A stretch of DNA of 61,817 nucleotides, counting the filler. It is 4 parts of 4 records of this genome, joined end to end, with 100 filler letters (N's around TTAATTAATTAA, not from the genome) between each part and the next. Parts side by side here need not be neighbours in the genome. Positions count along the whole stretch, not along the records: positions 45,093 to 55,065 come from DRR723986_4154; positions 55,166 to 61,817 come from DRR723986_4155; 2 more parts are not named here. One strand, written 5' to 3'. The position numbers and the translations under genes are program-made. This document shows positions 53,410 through 61,817 of the stretch, in pieces. How positions within the stretch are numbered: the stretch's first letter is position 1; each line of letters opens with the position of its first letter. The notes under the pieces are model-generated. The model had not been told where the DNA came from and ran no database searches. It saw only the letters and a list, made by a program, of their open reading frames with translations.

Positions 53410-55065
53410 TTGCCCGCACAAACCGCAATAAACACCGGATCAGGCGCAGTGACCACGCTGCGCCTGATTTGCGATCCGGCCTTGATTGTCGATCCGCCCG
53501 CCGTGATTGCCGCAATCGAAGCCGCCTGCGCCGATCTTGACCCCGCCAGCCAACGCGCCGCCGCTGTGGCGATCTTGCGCGACGTGCAAAAACAGGGCCG
53601 CAGCACCATTGCCGAAGCTTTTGCAAGAGCGCCCTTCGATGCGCGCGGCATGACGCGGGCCTATACCTATTTGACCGACACATTGGTGCGCAGCACCATG
53701 CATGTCGCCACACAGTTGCTGCATCCCAAACCCAACCCGACCGAGGGCGAGCGGCTTTCGGTGATTGGTGTGGGCGGCTATGGCCGGGGCGAGATGGCGC
53801 CGTTTTCGGATGTCGATCTGCTGTTCTTGATCCCGTATAAGGCGACTGCATGGTCCGAAAGCGTGATCGAAAGCATGCTGTATATCCTGTGGGATCTAAA
53901 GCTAAAGGTTGGCCACGCAACGCGCAGCATTGCCGATTGTGTGCGGCTTGGCACCGAAGATTACACCATCCAGACCGCATTGCTGGAACAGCGGTTCATC
54001 ATTGGCGATACCGGGTTGGCGGCGGAACTGCATGACACGCTGGCCCGTGAATTGTTTTCTGCCAAGGGCCGCGCCTTTATCGAAGCCAAACTGGAGGAAC
54101 GCGACAACCGCCACCTCAAACAGGGCGAGCGTTATGTGGTGGAGCCGAACGTTAAGGAGGGCAAAGGCGGGCTGCGCGACCTGCATTCGCTGTTCTGGAT
54201 CGCCAAATTTATCTACGAGGTCGAGAATATCGCCGATCTGGTGGACAAGGGCGTGTTTCGCCCCGACGAGTTTGAAACCTTCCGCGCCGCCGAGGAGTTT
54301 CTGTGGGCCGTGCGCGGGCATTTGCATCTGCTGACGGGGCGCGCGACGGAACAATTGACCTTTGACATGCAGGTTCAGGTCGCCCAGGCGCTGGGATACA
54401 ACGACACCGCAGGCCGCCGTGCCGTCGAGGTCTTTATGCAGGCCTATTTCCGCCATGCAACGGCTGTGGGTGATCTGACGCGGATTTTCCTCACCGGACT
54501 GGAGGCGATCCACCTCAAGGCCGAACCGCTGCTTGAGCGGATATTCCGCCGACGCCCGCGTATCCGCAAAGGCTATGAGGTGGTGCACAACCGCATCTCG
54601 ATCACCGATGAGGCGGAGTTTCTGTCTGACAAGCTGAACCTGCTGCGGATCTTTGAAGAGGCCCTGCGCACGGGGATGTTGATCCATCCCGATGCGATGC
54701 GGCTGATCAAGGCGAACTTGAATCTGATCGACGACAGCATGCGCCACGAACCCGAAGCGCGGCGGATTTTCCACGATTTGCTGCTTAAACACGGCAACCC
54801 GGAACGGGCGCTGCGCCGGATGAATGAACTGGGGGTTCTGTCTGCGTTTATCCCCGAATTCGAGCCGATTGTGGCGATGATGCAGTTCAATATGTATCAC
54901 AGCTATACGGTGGATGAGCATACGATCCAATGCATCGCAAACCTTGCCCGGATTGAGCGCGGGGAGCTGGAAGAGGAGCTGCCCATCGCCTCCTCGATCC
55001 TGCAACGCGGGGTCAATCGCAAGGTTCTCTACATCGCGCTGCTGCTGCATGACATCGGCAAGGGA
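53410..55065 (+). CDS. glnD: [Protein-PII] uridylyltransferase GlnD, 3' truncated; start uncertain
   Basis: VGGYGRGEMAPFSDVDLLF, EPNVKEGKGGLRDL, MQFNMYHSYTVDEHT, LLHDIGKG. Confidence 0.97.
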
Positions 55066-55165
55066 NNNNNNNNNNNNNNNNNNNNNNNNNNNNNNNNNNN
55101 NNNNNNNNNTTAATTAATTAANNNNNNNNNNNNNNNNNNNNNNNNNNNNNNNNNNNNNNNNNNNN
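55066..55165. other. Artificial contig spacer
   Basis: N44-TTAATTAATTAA-N44. Confidence 0.98.
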
Positions 55166-55316
55166 GTTCCCAACCCGCAGTCTCAGAGACTATGCCCCAC
55201 AAGCCAGATTCAGGAATCAGAAGCCTACAGGTGCCGGTAAACAAGATCTGCAATACTGCTTTCCATTGCCGATCCTTGGGTCCAACCCTCCAGCAAAGCC
55301 GCAAGCCCGGCCACCG

Positions 55317-56135
55317 TCAGTCACTTTGCACAAAGTTGCCGGCCATGGCCTGCGATTGCAAATAATACTGGCGTGGACGTATGCCTGAGAATTCTTTGAA
55401 CTCGCGATTGAAATGCGACTGATCGCTGTAGCCGTGTTGCAGTGCCCATTGTGTTAAGCTCTCAATCGGCTGACGTTCGATGCCGAACAGCGTGTTCTGA
55501 AAGCGCAAAACACGACTGAAGAGCGTTGGTCGGAAGCCACTGAGAAACTTAAAGCGCCGCTCGATTTGCCGTTCGGACAGGCCACTCGTGCGGCGCAGCG
55601 CAAGCGGCGAATAGCGGCGGTCAACCGACAACATTTGTTGGATGTAGCGCTTGACCGGATCCGCTTCAAACTTGGAGCTTTGGAGGCGCTGCAGCAAAAA
55701 AGTAGTCGTTAAGTTTATGCGCGCTGCAGTATCCGCAGCCGTGTTTACGGTTTCTTCCAGCTCACCGGCGGCAGCGCCGAGGATGTCCTGGAGCGCAAAA
55801 AAATTGTTGGTGCATTCATTGGCCGCGATGCCAAACAAGTCGGGTAAGCTGTAGGGAAAGAAGTACACGCCAAAAAGGCCGAAACCGCCGCGTGCCGAAA
55901 ATGTGCGATGCTGATGATTCTGGCAGCCAAAGACGGCGGTGGGCGCCAAAGCAACTACACCATCATCGCTCTGCTCAGTAAAGCGATTATTATAGTGGAA
56001 TACCATACCGGGGCAACTGTCGGCAAACAGCTGATACTCAGAGACAGCGTCGAAACTGGCACTGTATTCCACAGTCCAGAAAAAACGGACGTGGTTCGCC
56101 AGGGCGGGATGCGGATCAAATTGCCGGTATTGCAT
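55317..56135 (-). CDS. AraC family transcriptional regulator (DUF6597-like N-terminus)
   Basis: PHPALANHVRFFW, LSERQIERRF, RVLRFQ, GYSDQSHFNREFKEFSG. Confidence 0.92.
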   Translation of the reverse strand: MQYRQFDPHPALANHVRFFWTVEYSASFDAVSEYQLFADSCPGMVFHYNNRFTEQSDDGVVALAPTAVFGCQNHQHRTFSARGGFGLFGVYFFPYSLPDLFGIAANECTNNFFALQDILGAAAGELEETVNTAADTAARINLTTTFLLQRLQSSKFEADPVKRYIQQMLSVDRRYSPLALRRTSGLSERQIERRFKFLSGFRPTLFSRVLRFQNTLFGIERQPIESLTQWALQHGYSDQSHFNREFKEFSGIRPRQYYLQSQAMAGNFVQSD

Positions 56136-56386
56136 GGCGGTGGGATGTCATAGTTGCACAAGCTCTTGCCGCTTTGTGCGTAAAATACATCGCAGCACCA
56201 AATATTCCGAATATCAGCCGGCGTAGCCGCTTGGGCTAAGAAGTGTTGGGCTTTAATCTACGCGATTAACAAAAAAGTCAATGAGCCTGAGGAACGTGCA
56301 CAGCACGGGACTCAAAGCGGTCCGGTCACGTTTGTGTGTATGCTTAAATTACCGGAGACTTAAACCCACCAGCCACAGACCCAAAA

Positions 56387-57151
56387 CTACAGGTCAATCA
56401 CAAGACCATCATAGGCGATCTCGATGCCCTCTGGTAACTGCTCCGAGAGTTCGCGGTGTTTAACCTGGTGCGCGATGTGTGTGAAGTACGTGCGTTCCGC
56501 GCCAATGCGATGTGCCATCGCGATCGATTCGTCGATCGTGAAGTGCGTGGGGTGCCGGCGGTAGCGCAATGCGTCCAGAATTAAAACTTTAACACCGCTA
56601 AGGCGTTCAATCGATTCTTCGGGAATGAAGTTCGTGTCCGTGCAGTAGGCGAAGTCGCCAAAACGGTAGCCGTTAACTCGCATGATGCCATGCTGCATCG
56701 GAATTGGGATGATCTCCAGGCTGTTAACAGAAAATGCGTCGCTGTCGATTTCGTGCGGAATTATCTGTGGAATACCACCGCCAATCTGTGCCGGAGGTGT
56801 AAACACGTATTCAAACATGCGTTTAAGTGCTGCCAGCGTTTCCGTCAGAGTGTAAATCGGTAGGGCCTTGCCGCTCAAAAAGTTAAACGCGCGGATGTCG
56901 TCAAAGCCTGTGACGTGGTCGGAGTGGTGATGTGTAAAAACAACAGCGTCGAGCTGTTTAACATTGGCGCTTAACATTTGCTGGCGGAAGTCGGCAGAGG
57001 TGTCCACAACTACACGTGTGTCGTCCGTTTCAACCAGGATAGATGTGCGTAAGCGTTTGTCGTGCGGGTCGTCCGATTGACAAACCGGGCAGGGGCAACC
57101 GATGACGGGTACCCCTGAAGATGTGCCGGAACCAAGAACCGTGACGCGCAT
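56387..57151 (-). CDS. MBL-fold metallo-hydrolase, PhnP-like
   Basis: LGSGTSSGVPVIGCPCPVC, THHHSDHVTGFDDIR, AYCTD, HPTHF, THIAH, AYDGL. Confidence 0.93.
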   Translation of the reverse strand: MRVTVLGSGTSSGVPVIGCPCPVCQSDDPHDKRLRTSILVETDDTRVVVDTSADFRQQMLSANVKQLDAVVFTHHHSDHVTGFDDIRAFNFLSGKALPIYTLTETLAALKRMFEYVFTPPAQIGGGIPQIIPHEIDSDAFSVNSLEIIPIPMQHGIMRVNGYRFGDFAYCTDTNFIPEESIERLSGVKVLILDALRYRRHPTHFTIDESIAMAHRIGAERTYFTHIAHQVKHRELSEQLPEGIEIAYDGLVIDL

Positions 57152-58065
57152 CAGACGTGCCGCTCAGCGTGATAGGAGCTGCGCACGAGCGGTCCGGATT
57201 CAACGTGCCGGAAGCCCATTTCCATACCGATTGTTTTATACTCGGCAAATTCGTCCGGGTGCACGTAACGGTCAACGGGCAAGTGATTTTTTGTCGGCTG
57301 CAAATACTGGCCCAATGTTAAGATGTCGCAATTGATTTTGCAGAGATCTTCCATGACGGCGATCACCTCTTCGCGGGTTTCGCCCAGGCCGAGCATCAGG
57401 CCGGTTTTTGTGCGCAGATTCTGCTTTTTGGATTCTTCCAGTACCAGAAGTGAACGCGCATATTTTGCTTGTGGACGGACGCGGCGCTGCAAGCGCTGGA
57501 CCGTCTCCATGTTGTGATTCAGAATCTCGGGGCGTGCATCGATAATGTTCTGCAGCGCCGAGAGGTCTCCCTTGAAGTCGGGAATCAGAACTTCGATGCT
57601 GGTTTTGGGGCTTAACTCACGCGTTTTGAGAATCGTGCGTGCAAAAATTTCAGAGCCACCGTCCTTGAGTTCGTCGCGATTGACGGAAGTAATGACGATG
57701 TGTGTCAGGTCCATATCTGCCACAGCTTCGGCGACGCGTTCGGGTTCGTCGACGTCGAGTGTCAACGGCCGGCCGGTTTTAACGGCGCAGAATCCGCAGG
57801 AGCGTGTGCAGGTGTCACCCAGAATCATAAAGGTCGCAGTGCCGGCACTCCAGCATTCGGCGATATTGGGGCAGCGGGCTTCCTCACAAACGGTATGCAA
57901 AGTTTTGGAGCGCATCATTTTGCGCAGTTTGGCAAACTCCGCACCACCGGGCGGGCGTACCTTTAGCCATTCCGGACGGCGTCCGGGGCGTGTTTCATCC
58001 TGCACTTCCGGCTGGATGACGGGGAGAGAAAGCGTGATATCGCTGTTTTCGCTTACAGTCTTCAT
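57151..58065 (-). CDS. lipA: Lipoyl synthase
   Basis: [41 protein letters not shown]. Confidence 0.98.
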   Translation of the reverse strand: MKTVSENSDITLSLPVIQPEVQDETRPGRRPEWLKVRPPGGAEFAKLRKMMRSKTLHTVCEEARCPNIAECWSAGTATFMILGDTCTRSCGFCAVKTGRPLTLDVDEPERVAEAVADMDLTHIVITSVNRDELKDGGSEIFARTILKTRELSPKTSIEVLIPDFKGDLSALQNIIDARPEILNHNMETVQRLQRRVRPQAKYARSLLVLEESKKQNLRTKTGLMLGLGETREEVIAVMEDLCKINCDILTLGQYLQPTKNHLPVDRYVHPDEFAEYKTIGMEMGFRHVESGPLVRSSYHAERHV

Positions 58066-58197
58066 GGCGACTATCCTTTTCGCGTTCTTGCGTGAGTTGC
58101 ATTACCGACACAGTTGCACTGCCGAGTAGCACAATTCCAGTTTGCAAAAATACACATTCCGACGATGCGACGGTCCTTCAGCCGCCGAATCTTTTAT

Positions 58198-58231
58198 ACA
58201 AGAACGCCCACCGATCTGTAATCGGCAGGCG
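58198..58231 (-). terminator. Putative intrinsic terminator after the sigma gene
   Basis: Minus strand CGCCTGCCGAT-TACAG-ATCGGTGGGCG-TTCTTGT. Confidence 0.65.
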
Positions 58232-58270
58232 TACTTATTCTAATGCCATGCGACTCGCGGGCAAGATGCA

Positions 58271-59134
58271 TCAACCGAGGTAGGCACGCAGCGCTTTGGA
58301 GCGCGAGGCGTGACGCAGGCGGCGGATCGCTTTTTCCTTGATCTGGCGAACACGTTCGCGCGTCAGGTTAAAACGTTCACCGATTTCCTCAAGTGTCAAT
58401 GAATGCTCATTGTCGAGACCAAAGTACAGGCGGATAACTTCCGCTTCGCGTTCCGACAGTGTCGAGAGCGCGCGGCGTACTTCAATACGCAGAGATTCAT
58501 TGATCAGGCCGTTATCCGGTGGCGGCTGCTGCTCGTTGGGGAGCACATCCAGCAGTCGATTGTCTTCACCTTCGGAGAAGGGCGCATCAACTGAGAGATG
58601 GCGACCGGAGATTTTAATCGTGTCGGCTACTTCACTCATGCTCATGTCGAGCTGTTCGGCAAGTTCTGCTGACGTGGGTTCGCGCTCGTACGCTTGTTCC
58701 AGTTCGCTGAATTTTTTTCCGATTTTATTGAGGGCGCCAACGCGATTAAGTGGCAGGCGTACAATCCGTGACTGCTCGGCAAGTGCCTGCAGAATAGACT
58801 GACGGATCCACCAAACGGCGTAAGAGATAAATTTGAATCCACGGGTTTCATCAAAGCGTTTTGCAGCTTTAATCAGGCCCAGGTTGCCTTCATTGATCAG
58901 GTCACCAAGTGAGAGACCTTGATTTTGGTATTGTTTAGCAACCGAAACCACGAAACGCAGATTCGCTTTTGTCAGGCGTTCCAGGGCCATTTCACCCTGC
59001 GGTCCACCTTTCTTGATGTTTTTGGCCAGCTCGATCTCTTCCTGGGGAGTTAAGAGTTCGACGCGTCCTATTTCCTGCAGGTACTTGTCGAGCGACTGGC
59101 TTTCACGATTCGTATATTGTTTGGTAATGCGCAT
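58271..59134 (-). CDS. Short RpoD/SigA-family sigma-70 factor (FCB-group type, no region 1.1)
   Basis: [76 protein letters not shown]; 287 aa. Confidence 0.95.
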   Translation of the reverse strand: MRITKQYTNRESQSLDKYLQEIGRVELLTPQEEIELAKNIKKGGPQGEMALERLTKANLRFVVSVAKQYQNQGLSLGDLINEGNLGLIKAAKRFDETRGFKFISYAVWWIRQSILQALAEQSRIVRLPLNRVGALNKIGKKFSELEQAYEREPTSAELAEQLDMSMSEVADTIKISGRHLSVDAPFSEGEDNRLLDVLPNEQQPPPDNGLINESLRIEVRRALSTLSEREAEVIRLYFGLDNEHSLTLEEIGERFNLTRERVRQIKEKAIRRLRHASRSKALRAYLG

Positions 59135-59232
59135 CGGCTACCTGTTGATAGTTGATGTGTGTTCGAACACTGGAATTTTTAATAGTCTGTGTGGGCCCAT
59201 GCCATATAATCAGAGACACTGTTCGGACGGAC

Positions 59233-59634
59233 CTACAAATCTTCTATTGTCACAACTTCACACCAGGGTGAATATTTTGCCCTATGGCGGCCGGTCGCAA
59301 TTGCCAGGTCAGACTCCCGTGCCATCGCAATGACTGTAGCATCACGAAAACTTGGCACTTCAGAGGCATTCCCGGCACGTAAGATTTCGGCAACGGCTTC
59401 AGCATAACGAGCATGCACACCAAGTATTTTGATCGTACACAGGGCGCGGTCCACGATGTCCTTTTGCGCCGTCGTTTGTGCGCAGGCCAGCAGTTCAGCG
59501 GCTTGGACAAAAGTTGTGAAACAGGGCCATTGATTGAGGCAACGTCGCAGGGCGGAGGGCTTCTGCGCTGCCAGCAGGTAGTCCGCCAGCAGATCACTAT
59601 CAACCAAAACACCGCGACTCTTAAGCTGTTGCAT
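59233..59634 (-). CDS. PIN-domain (VapC-like) protein, divergent
   Basis: VLVDSDLLADYL, AAELL, SFRDATVIAMA..DLAIAT pattern; about 133 aa. Confidence 0.7.
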   Translation of the reverse strand: MQQLKSRGVLVDSDLLADYLLAAQKPSALRRCLNQWPCFTTFVQAAELLACAQTTAQKDIVDRALCTIKILGVHARYAEAVAEILRAGNASEVPSFRDATVIAMARESDLAIATGRHRAKYSPWCEVVTIEDL

Positions 59635-59757
59635 GCTTGTGTTCAATTGCCGAATCAGATCGCACGCTAATCACATTGGTTTTTCCAAGGCCGATAGCAT
59701 GATTTTTTTGTTAGTTATTGTTGCTGCAGCCGGCAGCATTTGAGGCTTTACGTCCGT

Positions 59758-59813
59758 GACGCAGTCACAAATAGCTGACTGTGACGACGCAGCCACAAAT
59801 CCCTGACTGTGAT
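59758..59813. repeat. Two tandem 28-bp units with internal inverted repeats
   Basis: GACGCAGTCACAAATAGCTGACTGTGAC then GACGCAGCCACAAATCCCTGACTGTGAT (24/28 identical). Confidence 0.85.
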
Positions 59814-59819
59814 GCCACA

Positions 59820-60134
59820 TTATACTATACTGCGCAGCTTATGCGCCAGCTCGGCCTCCGTCACGGCCATACCTTCGCCGCTCAGCGCGTACACAAGCAC
59901 ATCAACGCCGATTTTTTGAGTGTCGGCAATTTTCTGAATTTCTTCACCAGTCACAGAGGCAGCACGCAGAGCGTTGCTGCCAAGCTCAAGTGTTATCTGA
60001 GCATGCTCATAGGCGCGCAGGCTGCGGCGCACAGTCGACGGCAGCACCGGTTTGCCCTCGGCGTCCAGGGCGACGCGCAGGGAAATTTTATGTTCTTGTG
60101 CTGCGGAATCTGCGGATGGATCGGAAGAATTCAT
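59820..60134 (-). CDS. Small protein with AbrB/MraZ-like motif (possible antitoxin or regulator)
   Basis: LDAEGKPVLPSTVRRSL resembles the D.kGr..lP..R swapped-hairpin signature; upstream of and co-oriented with the PIN gene. Confidence 0.5.
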   Translation of the reverse strand: MNSSDPSADSAAQEHKISLRVALDAEGKPVLPSTVRRSLRAYEHAQITLELGSNALRAASVTGEEIQKIADTQKIGVDVLVYALSGEGMAVTEAELAHKLRSIV

Positions 60135-60318
60135 GTGGCCTCAACTGGAAATTCAGGGGCTTATCATTAAACACACGAACGGTAATCAATAAATATTGGT
60201 CGTTAAGCCTGATCTGGTGGCCGTTTGCGAAAATACAATTGCTAATGAAACGTAGAGAGAGTAATTTCCAAGCAAATCCGCAGGCTCCCAAAAACCGAAA
60301 ACGAGCATACCAAGATCT

Positions 60319-61440
60319 ATGGCCGCAAAATCTCTCAAAAGCGATAAGTCTTCCAGTGGTGATCCAAAATCGCGCGCTTTGGCCGCGGCAGTGGAGCAAA
60401 TCGAAACCGCCTATGGCAAAGGTTCGATTATGCGCCTGAGCGATAATGTCGTCGTCCCGGTCGACGCGATTTCTACCGGATGTATTTCACTCGACAATGC
60501 AATTGGCGTTGGCGGAGTGCCCCGTGGTCGCATCGTCGAAATCTACGGTCCGGAGTCCTCCGGTAAAACCACCGTCTGTCTGCACGTCATTGCCGAAGCC
60601 CAGAAAGCCGGCGGATATGCTGCCTTTGTTGACACGGAACATGCGCTCGACGTTAAGTACGCGCAGCGCCTGGGTGTCGACCTGAGTTCACTCCTGCTTT
60701 CGCAGCCGGAATTTGGTGAGCAGGCTCTCGAAATTGTTGAAACACTGGTGCGCAGCAATGCCATCGATGTTGTTGTTGTTGACTCCGTTGCCGCCCTTAC
60801 GCCACGCGTTGAAATTGAAGGTGAGATGGGTGACCACCAGATGGGCTCACAGGCACGCCTGATGTCGCAGGCTATGCGTAAGCTCAATGCTGCAATTGGC
60901 AAGTCGCGTACCACCGTCATATTTACTAATCAATTGCGGAACAAAATTGGTGTCGTCTACGGCAATCCCGAGACAACAACCGGTGGCAACGCACTCAAAT
61001 TTTATGCTTCGGTGCGGATTGACGTCCGCAGAAAAGAAGTTATCAAAGATGCCAGCGTCATTGTCGGGAACCGCGTTCGCGCCAAAATCATCAAAAACAA
61101 AGTCGCGCCGCCTTTCCGCGAAGTTGAGTTTGATGTCCTGTACAACGAAGGTATCTCGCGCATTGGCGATATGATCGATCTGGGTCTCGCTCACAAAATC
61201 ATCAATCGCAGCGGCTCGTGGTTCAGCTTTGAAGGTGAACGCACGCAGGGCCGTGACGGCTTGCGCGCCAAACTTACCGATGATAAGGAGCTGCTCGGCA
61301 AACTCGAAGAACAGGTCAAAACTGCCCTCGGCATTCTGGCAGGTGACCAGGATCCGGCCGCAGATGCTGCAGCAGCAGACGCGGAAGCCACGCCGGCACC
61401 GGAAGCTGCCAATGGGAGTACACGTAAGAAACGTTCCTAA
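60319..61440 (+). CDS. recA: Recombinase RecA
   Basis: [61 protein letters not shown]. Confidence 0.99.
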   Translation: MAAKSLKSDKSSSGDPKSRALAAAVEQIETAYGKGSIMRLSDNVVVPVDAISTGCISLDNAIGVGGVPRGRIVEIYGPESSGKTTVCLHVIAEAQKAGGYAAFVDTEHALDVKYAQRLGVDLSSLLLSQPEFGEQALEIVETLVRSNAIDVVVVDSVAALTPRVEIEGEMGDHQMGSQARLMSQAMRKLNAAIGKSRTTVIFTNQLRNKIGVVYGNPETTTGGNALKFYASVRIDVRRKEVIKDASVIVGNRVRAKIIKNKVAPPFREVEFDVLYNEGISRIGDMIDLGLAHKIINRSGSWFSFEGERTQGRDGLRAKLTDDKELLGKLEEQVKTALGILAGDQDPAADAAAADAEATPAPEAANGSTRKKRS

Positions 61441-61583
61441 GTGATCATGGCCATGCTCGGCCAGGCAGGCAAGCAGCCTTAATAAAAATACAGTCCGCGG
61501 TGGTGTTTTAGGCATTCCGTGGGCTGTTGTATTATTGGGCTAGTGGTGGGGATTTGACATGCGGGAGTTGAAGGCGACTTTTT

Positions 61584-61817
61584 CTACGCACTGTTAGCCC
61601 TACCAAAAACTGAATGGGCTCGTGCAATGCAGGTCATGGATGTAAATGTTTCGTAGCTCCTCAGACAATTATTAGATTTACTGAGATGTGTGTCCTACAT
61701 GAAATTTCTAAGAGAACCCAGGCTTCATGAGGTCTGCGAATCTTTGAGCAGTGAATCCGTCCTACGAGATCTAAGGGTTTGAGGCTGCTTGTCCTACACG
61801 CTGTTAGCCCTAAGGGC
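61584..61817. repeat. Degenerate interspersed repeats of unknown nature at the window end
   Basis: CTACRCRCTGTTAGCCCTA at 61584 and 61794 (210 bp apart); GTCCTAC at 61692, 61759 and 61791, each followed by CTAAG. Confidence 0.55.

Noticed and set aside
53902..55050. 382-aa minus-strand ORF and other long antisense ORFs (50379-51302, 52905-53651, 53147-53980, 60847-61515, 22067-22714)
   Set aside because: Shadow frames of well-supported genes (glnD, gshB/yraN, LpoA-like, recA, ribD) with no recognisable motifs
55166..55316. Short palindromes (AGTCTC-A-GAGACT, GATTC-AG-GAATC) at the start of contig D
   Set aside because: Too short, not repeated, and consistent with chance
1..61440. Apparent recombination cluster (radA, comM/yraN, recA) and B12 link (mutase plus cobU)
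   Set aside because: The genes lie on different contigs from different organisms joined by artificial spacers
61584..61817. CRISPR array or integron cassette array
   Set aside because: Repeats are too short, irregularly spaced and degenerate; there are no cas or intI genes and no clear attC hairpin; kept only as an unexplained repeat

Overview
This window is not one replicon. It is four contigs joined by artificial 100-nt spacers (N44-TTAATTAATTAA-N44 at 25173-25272, 44993-45092 and 55066-55165), so gene neighbourhood means nothing across the junctions. Contig A (1-25172) is AT-richer alphaproteobacterial core genome: radA-cvpA-purF, heterodimeric methylmalonyl-CoA mutase with meaB, tRNA-Pro, ihfA, plsX (without the usual fabH), bamE, a K+-independent H+-PPase, thiL-nusB-rib genes-nrdR-glyA-rpiB. 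Contig B (25273-44992) is an accessory, probably alphaproteobacterial, region: tandem His-bearing membrane paralogs, four exported peptidases, a CYP102-type P450-reductase fusion, an orphan MacB/FtsX-type permease behind an apparent sigma-54 promoter with paired enhancer palindromes, purine uptake genes and a truncated tRNA-Arg. Contig C (45093-55065) is GC-rich Rhodobacteraceae-like core: rpoH2, cobU, comM, gshB, yraN, rsmI, an LpoA-like lipoprotein and glnD. Contig D (55166-61817) is Ignavibacteria/Chlorobi/Bacteroidota-like: AraC, PhnP-like hydrolase, lipA, a short primary sigma-70, a divergent AbrB-like/PIN pair split by a 28-bp tandem palindromic repeat, recA, and an unexplained degenerate repeat region at the window end. 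I saw no CRISPR array, integrase or transposase. The best leads for undescribed biology are the sigma-54/enhancer-controlled orphan permease, the AbrB-like/repeat/PIN module and the terminal repeats. All calls come from motif reading alone, with no database searches.
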